In this document: one piece after another, positions 20,437 through 32,800 of the stretch
Numbering within the stretch: the stretch's first letter is position 1
Layout: each line of letters opens with the position of its first letter
Source: Tubulanus polymorphus
Taxonomy: Eukaryota > Animalia > Nemertea
Direction: 5' to 3'
Assembly: GCF_964204645.1 (NCBI RefSeq)
Contig: NC_134028.1
Coordinates: 12,447,263-12,511,262 of the forward strand
Length of the DNA: 64,000 nt
Translations under genes and position numbers: made by a program
Notes under the pieces: generated by a model
What the model saw: only the letters and a program-made list of their open reading frames with translations
Database searches by the model: none
What the model was told of the DNA's origin: nothing

Positions 20437-23400
20437 AATATCGTGGTCGAATTCGAAAAAGCTTGTCGTCGTATTGCTATTTCTAGAAACCAGCAGAAAG
20501 TTTTGCTACTGTTTTTGAATGGCGTTGACATGATGGAAATTTATTACCCATAAATGGGTTACACATCTGGATCACAGCACCTCACTTGCCGCAGTGCGTT
20601 ATTTTCACTGCATAGTAATGCTAATACATAAACTTTTTTACTACTTGACTCGAATCATCTGAACAGTACTGCGTTTGAAAACTCAACGAATAGAAAATGT
20701 TTGCGGGAAGCGCCTACAAATAAGTTAAACAATTAAATCTCAAGGTGACTAACACCCGTCTTTCAACCAATCTGCGCGATACCAATTAATTAAATCATTA
20801 AACGCATTGGGTTCCTAATATTTGAAATCATGTGATACAATAGTTGTTCTTTAGACTTGGCCACTTTCATTTCAGAAAACCGCGTACTAGACAAGTGGTC
20901 ACCGAGGCATTAACCATTCCTTCAAGTTTTGAAAATTCGATGGTAACGCGGATTCTTTGCCTCTAAAAACTGTTTCGTTAATAGTTTTCTTTATATGAAA
21001 AGTGTTCATAGGAATTGAAATTTGGAGTGATACCAGTCACAGCTGTAACCCTTTTTCATTGTCAGTTCTTTTTTGGAATTCAAGTAGATTAGTGAAAATA
21101 TCAATGATGAAGTTCACTCATTATATCAAGTACCGTTTTTACTGTCGCATGCGAGTCGAAACAAAAAGATCTATCCAACTGCATATCTTCGGGTATAAAC
21201 TGTGATATCCTTCAGTATGTTATGAATATCTTTGAAAATTTTTGTTCTAGTATAATACCCGAAGGTTTAACTATCGGACACATAAAAGATTCGCCATAAT
21301 CAAAGATTTTAAGAAAATCTTTCTTCGAGAAAGAAAGATCTTTAAAAGAACGATTGGCGTCAAACTAATCCATAATGGACTGTTGTGAATTTATTAAATA
21401 ATCCACCTGAGAAATTTAAAGATTTCGAAGCGAAATTTATTCATATAAATCAAAAATGCATGAATAACTTGACGTTATTTGCGGGTCTCATGAAACACTT
21501 TCGTGCGCTCTTTTTAAATCTAAAATAGCATAAATACATGCGTGTTTCGTTATAAACAAGGTTAAACGCACATGAAATATGGAGCCAGTATCACACGATA
21601 TACACATCTTGAATTTTCTCTAACTACGTAGGCCCTTTCCAAATGGGAATTGTTCAGTTTTTTAACGGCCGACATTCAGAGGCACCTAAAAAACCGGTTG
21701 TATAGCACTTGAGATTTTCAGTGTAGGGCACATCTCACATCGACTCGGCTCGCGGTCGGTGGTTTAATGGGAACACATCTGCTTGTTACTAGTTTAACAG
21801 TTGACGAATTCAGAAAACTTTTTTCAAATGTCTTTGATAACTTTTTAAACATAGTATTCTTCTTAATTACATTTCGCTGATTCCATAGATATTTTTTCAT
21901 GAAAATTGCTCCAGTTATAACGGATTTAAACATACATGTAAAATGATTATTTTCAAAATATTCAATTTTCTCCGATTTTGAAGAAATTCTGACACAATAT
22001 CATCTCCACTCGACACATGATTTTACTTCGGCGCCTTTGAAGGGAGTGTCACTTGTTGTTGAGTTCATATTTAGTCCAACAAGAAGACATGCCTGATTCC
22101 TTTTTAGAATTTAGATTTCGACGGATATCATCAAATTACGGGACAGCAGCTTTCGGTCATCTGCAAAAAAATACCTAAAATGCTCTCCTAGGGTTATGGA
22201 AAAACATGTCACGAAACATACGGAAAATCCTTTGTTTGGTAGACTGAAATTATTGAACTCTTAAATAGCAACATTCAGAGAAACAAAAACATAAGAATAT
22301 ATTCTCGCCCACCCTTTAAAAAAACAACGTGATTTCAATTGAAGATGACACGTAGCCTCATATCAAATGATATGAACGCAACAGAGCCTATTCATTCTCT
22401 TTACGAGGATGGGTCTCCACATTCATAGGATACGATACGAGATTCGTGGGTACGAATAATGAATACAACTGATAAAGCGCCAATTTCACTGATTCTTGCA
22501 CATAAAGGTGTTTTAGAGTAATCTAGTTAACAGGTGTGTTTTAGGAGTATTTTGAATTTAAACTCAAATCGGGGTTCATGACGAATATTGAGCATTCTAG
22601 GGCTGGAGCAAGAAACGTGTGGGATCGTCCGCCAATGGTATCGCCAAAGAAATAATAAGGAGCCAGTCCGTGGTGGCTATTGAAAGCGACGACCGCATGT
22701 GAATGCATTGATTGAATGACATCTCAAAAGTCAGATTATATAAAATTGAACATGATATATGGATAGGTTATTCAATATATACTGGTAAAAATGATGCCCA
22801 ATATGTGATATAAATGTTCAATTAAAAAGTAGAAACCGAATCCATAATTCAATCTGGTATTGTTATAACATCAAACACTCAAATTTAATCCTTTGTTAGA
22901 TTGGTAGCCAGTGTAGATGAGCAAGAATAGTGGTCCCTAATTTTAATGTGGACTGTTCAACAAGTTGGAGTTTGTGTAGAGATGAATGAGTTTAAAATGG
23001 AGTGGAATTTAGATAATACTGTTTGAATGTCTATTACTCAATTTTTTTATTGATCATAAAAAATTGTGGTAAAATATTTGACTCTATGGTTGGTTTTAGA
23101 TTGTATCTCTCCACGCCAGAGGTAATCACGGATATTGGACTACACAACATTCCTTGTGTACAGCTCAACTTTTTAAATCCCTGGAAAAGCTCGCCACGGA
23201 TATATCTCAGTAATTTTCCCACAAATTCTCCCCTTCGAAAAACCTAAACAACCAATGTACGCTTGCTCTAAGTTTGCCATCGCACTATTGTTACCTTTCT
23301 AGCTATTTGCACTAGCTGTTTGTTGCAAATACATTGCATCCTCTATTACAGGAGTAAAGGATACAGCTCTGGGACCCGTTTCTCAAAAGACAGTTTAAAT

Positions 23401-25227
23401 TAACCATCATCCAATATGATACATGACTAAATACACTGAAAAAGATAAACTATGTACACATTTCAAATTTCAAACCATGTTTTATCATTAGAAAATTACG
23501 ACACAACGTTCGATCTCTCACTAGAGATAATCTTTTTGAATTTGTACACTGAGTTTTCGTATCGTATTATCGTATTTTCAATTCTCTGCTTTTGAGTCAA
23601 CAAGTACAAAGTTATTTTAGCAATGAAAATTTAATTGTCATTATAAATGTTAACTATCCACTGGTAAACTTACTAACTTTTGGCAACTGGCCTTAGATCG
23701 TGGAATGGTCTCAGGTGGCCTGCTGATCCACTCTTTATTTATACCAGTAAAGAAATATACAGTATAAGACGTAAAAAGTATATGAACATATTATTTATCT
23801 TTATATCGCGATAATTCGTGTACGTATGATTGAAAAACGATATTCTATCGAATCTGACGGTACTTATGATTATTGTGTATAGAATCAATAATTAGCAACC
23901 CTCCACGGATACGAAGCAGCCTAAGTTTACATCCTACCAAAATTATCCTCGAAACTCTCAGCATTATTTCAAGGGTCGGTCTTAGAAAATATATGAAGGA
24001 CGTGTTCACAGGTTAACGAGGCCAAAAATCTTCCCCAAAATTTCAAATTTTTACAAGCAAAGATAATATACTTCATGCTTTTGGTGCAGAAAAAAATACA
24101 TGTCCACAGAATGCAAATTGTGTTTTCAAAGTAAACGATTGAGTGTGGAATTGTTTCGAATTCAAGGTTTTCCCATTAACACTCCGGTATTTTTCAATAA
24201 GATAAGTCAAACTATTGTTGTGATGGCCAGTTGAATACCTCATCATTATATTGAAAGATATGTTATACTTAATGCATCATTTCTTGGGCCTTACAGCTTT
24301 CTCTATTGGTTAGCGTTGTGTGATCACTCAAAATTAACCATTAGTTTGAATTCTCACTGATCTACTACATCTCTATGACAAAAATATATTTCATATCAGG
24401 CAATTAGCTTTGATCTGTGGTCAGTGGACAGCAGCTACGAAACATTTAAAACTACTACGTACATTAGCATTCCATCTATTCATGTATATATAATATGATA
24501 TTATATCTTCTTTGTTCAGTTTAAAAGTCTTGATCGTAAAAGTTTGACTAGTCTCGCATTTTGGTACCGATACGCACGTTCACGCGAGTGAAATGTGCAC
24601 GTTACAGGCTCAAATGCGCACGTTACAATTACAAATGGAAACGTTGTTCGTTCAAAACACTACGTAAAAATCTTATGCATTTTAGCGGAATTTCAAAGTT
24701 AGCTCGCTACCTACAACAAAAATCGGACAAGACTTTTTCAAGCGACAAATTTAAGAGCTAGTAGTACTAACGAAGGATTCACTAAACATATAAATTACTT
24801 ATGGGGGTTCTGGTTAGCACTGGTAACTGGTCTGTACTGGTCAAGCATTGGTCAGTTAAACAATTTTTAGATTAATGCCCACATCATATCTAGTTATTTG
24901 ACACCAAACAACTTAATTGTTTGCAAACAAATAATTTACTATATGGTCAGTACTGGTCATGCAATGGTCAGTTAAAAGACCATGGTCCACGCCACATTTG
25001 ATACCAAACATGATTGGATTGTGTCGTTTCGAAAATTTATCTGTTGGGCAATTAGTGGTCAGCCCTGGTTCGTTAGGTTCTTATTTTGCGGGCATTTTAT
25101 CTCGAACCACCGAAAGACCGAATCACTAATTAATTCACCAGATCGTTATTTGCTGAAAATGAAGATTAATTTTTAACTAATAGTCCTTGTCTGAACAAAA
25201 TGTCTCTGGTATGGATCCTATGGAATC

Positions 25228-26460
25228 ATGTCCACAGGGTGTTTTAACAAAGCTAGAGAAGATCTATTCAAATCAGCTAACCGAGCCATGTTCAGTATTC
25301 AAAAAATGATTGGTATTCAAGATTGTCCACCCAATGTATCGTTAAAGCTGTTTGACACTTTGGTAACATCCATCCTACTATATGGTTGTGAGATTTGGTT
25401 ACCAAAAACGAGCACTGCTAAGAAAATATTCAAAAACAAGGGTACATTCCCAATTGAGGAAGTAATGGAAAAGGATGACCTACTCAATAAATTAACTCTC
25501 AAATTCTGCAAATTCATATTGCATGTAAACAAAAAAACTACCAATTTAGCAGTACTCGGTGAATGAAGACTACCGATTTATATAGATGCATTTTCCCGTA
25601 TAATTAACTTTTATAACCACATGTGTACAAATGTAAATAGTATTGTAAATATAACGGTGAAAGATTTGAGTTCTATGAAAAACCAGACAAATGACTGGAC
25701 TATTTTCCTAAAAGCCATTCTGTCTGCTACAAATAGTCTCAACCTTTTAGAAGTTGGCCAGACCTATCAGCATATTAAAAGGTTCAAACACATACTCCAA
25801 GAGCGATATAAAATATTCTGGAAAACAAAAATTCAAAGCTTTAACAAACTTGACTCATATAAGATCTTCAAAACAGAATTCAGTTTGGAACCCTATTTAC
25901 TACTGAACATTCCAATTTCCTCTAAGACAGCTCTAACCAAATTAAGACTCAGTGCACACAAACTTATGATTGAGAAAGGGCGCTACCTAGGTATCCCTAG
26001 GGAAGAATGCTTATGTAGCAGATGCGGAGTAGTAGAAGATGAGTTCCACTTTGTAATGGAGTGTGCAAAATTTGATAATTTAAGAACAGATCTGTTGAAT
26101 AAATTTTATAATCAATATCCTAGCATGTCGAATGTAAATGATAAAGTCAAATTTGTAACTATAATGTCCTCTATAGAAATGGCCAAATATGTAGGGAAAT
26201 ACATCGAGAAAGGGTCTAACTCATGAAAAAAAAACTATCTGAAATCTGTAGTGTTACGTCGCAGTATCCATTAATTAAACTATCACTGATTCACTTACTG
26301 AAAACCTGTCTACATCGTGTATATATGTATATTAAACTGTTATTGCTTTTGTTATCTCTATCTTTAAAATGTTATATTTTATCCCCCTGTCTTTATTGTA
26401 CTTAATCTTATAATGTTTAACTACGTAACGGAACAATAAAGAATTAATTAATTGAATTGT
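25228..26460 (+). mobile_element. 5'-truncated non-LTR retrotransposon (ORF2 C-terminus plus 3' UTR)
   Basis: LKLFDTLVTSILLYGCEIW, FCKFILHV..TTNLAVLGE, LEPYL, KLRLSAHKLMIEKGRY...CSRCGVVEDEFHFVMEC. Premature TGA at 25564. Ends AATAAA + (AATT/GAATT) tail at ~26435-26460. Confidence 0.9.
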
Positions 26461-27541
26461 CCTTAACTGTACACCGTACTGTATCTTTGTACTGTATCTT
26501 TTTATGTTCACTACTACCGTGTAATTGACTATGATGTTTTCAAGTGGTCTTAAGTACCGCTAATAGCCGAAAGTCGTTGATTTATGTGAAATTTACATAC
26601 AGCGCCACCCGTTGATAGTAAAACTAACCCGAGCAATACGGGTGTTAAATAGATACGCTAGCAAACCGGCATTCTCATAAAGGCTATGAACAGACCGCGA
26701 AGTAGGTATAAATTGCGCCCGAAGCATAATATGGGATTCGAACCTACTCACACTGTATGGCATTAGCTCGTCAAAAGATTCCGTTCATAGGCAAACATCA
26801 ACCAAATTGCGGAAAGATTACGGTTTTTGCGTGCGAGGGCAAAAGGTTGAAAGCCTGTTTTGGTCGATGGCGAGTGACGTCACTAGTACAAATTCCGAGC
26901 GGTTCGAATCCCACAATACGCCAAAATCACTACGGCCGCTCTGAGCGCACATCGCATTTCAACGTTGCCGTTTAATAATTGTAAAATAACTAATAATAGT
27001 TTAAGTTTTATAAGGGTTAGAAGTACATTGTATTTACTGCTAGTGTATGTATATATCATGTACGGTTGCGAGAAATCCCTGCCCTGGTTAAACAGTAAGT
27101 CCACTAAATCTTTAAATTTTAAGTTGTTTAATGAAACTATTATTGTTTTAAATTGTTAAAACTGCAAACTATGGTTGTCGAAGATGCACCTTCTTCACAT
27201 CCTTTGAAATCCTGGATAGCATCGCTGTCGGCAAAGACCTTCAGGTCTGTCTTCAACGGCACATCGCTTTGGAACAAGCGACTACTGTGTTATCAAATCT
27301 GATCTAGGTAAAAAAATGTTCCCCAAAAATAAAGACAAGTAAACGGATTAATTTGAGGTTTGAATGTTTTTGTTTATTTGTTGGTTCAAATCGAACCCTC
27401 GTCATCCTGATCTCCATAAATCTAAGAAAAGTATTCGCACACTTAAAACAATAAAATACGAGCAATAAGCAATAACATCAGACTTGAGTAAGTAACTTTA
27501 CTTAATTCACAGATACAATCCTACACAAAACAATAGCTATT

Positions 27542-27781
27542 CAGTGGCGGATCCACCCCTCTATTTTTACCGATGTAGCCGCAAATCTATGCGTTACTGA
27601 GTAAAAACCGAATGAAATCTTTCTATTAAGTAATGCTCAGAATGCACCTGCTTGCATCTATTTTTCCAAAAAATTTTTAGGGAGGGTCTTCGCGTTATCG
27701 GTGCTTGCTCTGGAATGGCTTACAGCCATCTGTTGTTGCTTTCATTTGCCCCCCCCCTTCAAAATGCTGGATCCGCCCCTG
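27542..27781. mobile_element. MITE with CAGTGGCGGATCC / GGATCCGCCCCTG termini (hAT-like)
   Basis: 13-bp imperfect TIRs; no clear TSD. A degenerate relative lies at ~36205-36464. Confidence 0.6.
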
Positions 27782-27914
27782 AGTGCAAACAAAATGATCG
27801 ACAAAGACATACAGAACTCTAAAACAACAGTTAACAATTTAAGCAACGATAGACAAAACAGATAGCTGATTACTTTACAAACCTGTTGTCAGAACCTTAA
27901 TTATTTTTACATGT

Positions 27915-29100
27915 ACATACAGAGGACTGTTAACAATTCAACCAATGAAATTGCGATAGAGATACAGAACATACAGCTTTAACAGTAAACAATGCAACCA
28001 ATGAAATTGCGATAGAGATACAGAACATACAGCTTTAACAGTAAACAATGCAACCAATGAATTGCGATTAACTAAGACCTACGAGCAATTATCAAGTTTG
28101 ATAATTGCTCGTAGCTAAGACATACAGGACAAACAGGACTAACTTAATTGCGATAGACATACATGACATACAGGATTAACAGTAGACAATTCAACCAACG
28201 AATTGCGATTAACTAAGACATACAGGACTAAACCACAGGACATACAGGACTAACAGTAGACAATTCAACAACCAATGAATTGCGATTAACTAAGACATAC
28301 AGGACATACAGGACTAACTTAATTGCGATAGACATACAGGACTAACAGTAAACACTTCAACCAATGAATTGCGATTAACTAAGACATACAGGACATACAG
28401 GACTAACTTAATTGCGATAGACATACAGGACTAACAGTAAACAATGCAACCAATGAATTGCGATCGCGATCACAAAGACATACAGGACAAAACCACAGGA
28501 CATACAGGACTAACAGTAGACAATTCAACCAATGAATTGCGATTAACTAAGACATACAGGACATACAGGACTAAACCACAGGACATACAGGACTAACAGT
28601 AGACAATTCAATAACCAATGAATTGCGATTATTTAAGAAATACAGGACTAACTTAATTGCGATAGACATACAGAATATACAGGACTAACAGTAAACAATG
28701 CAACCAATGAATTGCGATTAACTAAGACATACAGGACATACAGGACTAACAGTAGACAATGCAATCAATGAATTGCGATTAACTAAGACATACAGGACAT
28801 ACAGGACCAACAGTAGACAATTCAACCAATGAATTGCGATTAACTAAGACATACAGGACATACAGGACTAACTTAATTGCGATAGACATACAGGACTAAC
28901 AGTAAACAATGCAACCAATGAATTGCGATTAACTAAGACATACAGGACATACAGGACTAACTTAATTGCGATAGACATACAGGACTAACAGTAAACAATG
29001 CAACCAATGAATTGCGATCGCGATCACAAAGACATACAGGACAAACAGGAATAGACCACAGTAAATTTCGATAAAAAAGACATACAGGACTAACTGCAGT
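27915..29100. repeat. Modular minisatellite (~1.2 kb)
   Basis: Recurrent modules GACATACAG, GACTAACAGTARACAATKCAACCAATGAATTGCGAT, TAACTAA, GACTAACTTAATTGCGATA and GACTAAACCACAG in varying order. Confidence 0.95.
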
Positions 29101-29872
29101 AAATATATAGGGCCTTAGGAATGCAAAATACATTCATTTTGTCGAATTTAAACATTCCACAACTTATTTCATTATGTCATTTCCAGTTTTCAAAGGGAAT
29201 TTTCTTAACTTCAGATGCCTCGAGGACATAAACATATAGAAAGATCTGTCCCAAAAAAATGTCAAGTGTCTTTCATAGTGCAATGGGCCCTGGTTTCCAC
29301 GTTTATATATCACATATAAAATTCTACAGAAACAATCAATGAATAAGTGAAAATTTACGAATAACAAACAAGACATTCAAGCAGTTGAGTAAGTTAAAAT
29401 GGGACCAATCTATATATATTATATATGGATTATACAATTTAATCAGGGACAGCCTTGAACCGAGGTTGATGTGTCCATACACTCTCTTCATACACTCTCT
29501 GAACATGCATGTATTAATACTGCTGCCAATTGATGATAAGTCAAGGATGTTGAAGTTCTAGACATGGTCAGAATCATCCAGAGACATCGGCACGCATCAC
29601 AATAACTGATGATTTTGCAGTAACCTGTAACATAAAAAATCAAGCGGTAATCTATTCACAAAATATATTTTCCTGAAAGAAAAAACCTGAAATAGAGCAC
29701 TATAAACACCAGTGCATATACATCGCTTCTTAACCTTATATATAATCGAGTAAATATATAGGTGACTAAGTGACGGTCATTATAGGCTTCTACGTTCACC
29801 ATGGGAAATGAAAATATTTCTAACGTCAGGGATTCATTCGAAACCCGATCAATAATATTCAATACAAACTAT

Positions 29873-32800
29873 TTAGGAAATCGTGTCACAATGAAAACAA
29901 AACCACCTGATATGTTCAGGAGGAGCCTCATTGATTGGAGCACATTTCCAATGATACCATCTATGGCAATTATCACATTCAATTGAGAATGTGGACTTTT
30001 TCTTAGGATTAGCATTGCAGTTTTTGTGGCAGACAGGGCAGGTTTCAGCAACTAACTGAGAAGGGGTTTTTTCAACTTTTGATGACAAAAGATTATCTAG
30101 TTTCAATTTTGCTAGGTTTTGGAGGCCTGCATTTCCAGGTTGATCTATAAGAATTTCTAATTCTTTTTCAGAATTGGAATTATTGATTTCTGTAATAGGA
30201 GAACTGTTGAGATAATCATCTCTATTATTATAATCGATTACAATAGATTTTTTCTTATGATGATTATGTTCAATACGAATGTGCTTTTGAAGGAATGTTT
30301 CACTTGCATATGAATTAATAACCCCATCTGCCCAACAAATAGCACATGAGATAGGTTTCAAAGATGAATGAGAAGTGGATATGTGCCTATCTAGTTCCCT
30401 GCGACATGAACAAAGATATGGAGGATTTATTTTGTCTTTAATACAAAAGGAACAGACAATACTTTTTTCAAATAAAACAGACTTCGAGTCATTTTTAACA
30501 ACTGGTATTGACTTAATATCTTTTGGTTTGGTATCTTTTGATTTTTTCGGTAAGGATGATTTATTCTGACTTAAAATATCTGCTGAAAATTCGATATCAT
30601 TGCCAGGATCTGGATCAGTGGAGTCTATGGTTTCAATTTCTGATATTTTAGCTTTTTTACCTAGTTTGATAGCAGCATTTTCAACCATAGCAGAAAAGGA
30701 TACACCTCTGTTAGCAGGTCTAATTATCTTTCGCCCTCCGTGTCTTGCATTCTCAGCATCTTTAGGCATTGTAACCTTAGGGCAGTAAGGGTCTATCACT
30801 TCAAGTTCAGGAAGGTTTATGGCAACCTGATTGTCCTTGATTGGACCCTCAGCACGCCTATGAGCCATATTGTGAGGTTGTCGTTTGGCAGGTCGTCCGC
30901 TTATTAACTTAATTCCACAGTGGCTTTCATTATGTAAAATACTTAGAATGTGCCCTTTCCGAGCAGCATTGATATCATTCGAGCTAGCAATGTGGGAATG
31001 ATCTTTTAACTTATCAATGAGGGTAGATGAAACAGAACAATTTTGTCGAGTAAAATTGTAAGTTGGCAGAGGCTCCACAATGTGGAATTTATATGCATCA
31101 ATTAAAGCCTTCGTTGTGGTTATATTGTTTTTTTGGGCAAAACAGGCAAAAAGATGTTTGCAAAAATATGGTTGTCCAATCATTATAAAAGCTTCACAAG
31201 TACATATACCTAGTTTCAAATTGATTAAATGGCAATTACCATCTACGTATGAAAGACAATTTTCAGGAACGATTGTAATAACGTAATTGAATAAGATACG
31301 ACTGGATATTGAATCTAAATTTCCTATGTACCTTCGGCATTTTTTTGAAATGTCATATGAATGTTCCTCGGATATTGATACTTTATCGGGGAATCTTTCT
31401 TCTAAAACATCAAGCTGATTGAATGTATATTGAGTATCACCATTGAAAAAATTATCATTATCTTCTAACCTATTTAAGTTCTTTCGTGAAGAACTCTTCA
31501 CAACAAACCAATTAGTTTCTTCATCATATTTTAAAATCTCATTATTCTGTAATAAATCAAAGGCTCTTTTGCAACACTTTTCTATCTTTTCAAGGTGACG
31601 TATATTCTTAACTCGTTGGTCAAGTTGCTTAAATTGGAGATTGTTCATATTTGTCGCTTTGATCTCATCATTAAAAACATTTTCAAACAGTAATCGTACA
31701 AAAGATGATATCAGTTTATTTAGGTGTCCACTTAAGTAGACATCATCTATTTGTTTGAATTTGCGCTCAGTAATATTATCAGTTAATAGCAAAGGGTTAT
31801 TTCTGTTAGATTGGTCTGACTGATAAATTGATTCAGCATTGAATGCATCAGACCAAATTTGGGAATTAAACCAATTCTTCTTTAGGTAATCAATAAATAA
31901 TGTTTTTGTATCTTGCGACATAAGGTCTAAAGAAATATCATTCTCAATAAAACTAATAAATGAATTGGCTATATCAGTTCTAGAGGAAGCATCCCATGAT
32001 CTCATAATGCATTTGAAACCAGTTTCTAGAGGCTTGCAAAATAAGCGAAGTTCTTGATTTTCATTCATGAAGCGACGAATACACTGCAGGACATGAAAAT
32101 TACATAGTACTGATTTAAGATTATTGTCAGATGCTCCTTGCTTTAGACTTGCATCTTTATCATGTTGTACAAAAGGACAAAATCTAGATGTTGATGAACA
32201 TGGCTTGATTCTGAAAAAACCATTGCCATCATTAAATATATAGAATTCAGATGGATGATTACATTTTTCGTCTTTACATGGTGTATTGGCTAGAACTAAC
32301 TGGATGGTAGTTGCATGAGTAGCCCCCCTTCATCACTACTAATTGATGCAGCAGCAATACGTCCTTCATTTTTGTTGTCTGCAAAAGTTACAAATGAAGT
32401 TTTGAATTTCCACGAATTGAAATCATGTTTCACGTCAATACCAATGACAGATTGTCCAAAGTTGGATAAATGTTCCAGAGAACGAGGATCAGAGAGAATA
32501 ATGTGATAATTACGTTTGAGTGTGGCATCCCCTCGTTGAAATAAAAGGACAGATTCATAGTTACCCTCTAATAATTTTTCAGTATTTCTCCAATCAGAAC
32601 TTAGAATAGGTATTTCGTCTGGAGATTTCATATGTAATTTTATCGAAGATTTATCAATATATTTCAATCTATTTGAAATTTGATCTAGGGTATGGTCATG
32701 ACCGGCGCCATCATTTACATTTGATACATGAAGGTTATTGTGAGCATTGGTGGCAGAAAGAACCTTCATTGCTGTGGCTTTCATCATGACTCTATTTTCA

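Noticed and set aside
20026-20437. Repetitive ORFs MRYRYIVLSR...
   Set aside because: Translations of the 108-bp tandem repeat.
26720-26930. tRNA-like B-box motifs (GGTTCGAATCCC on both strands); also an A-box-like head at ~46473
   Set aside because: No complete cloverleaf could be folded; at most SINE or tRNA-derived fragments.
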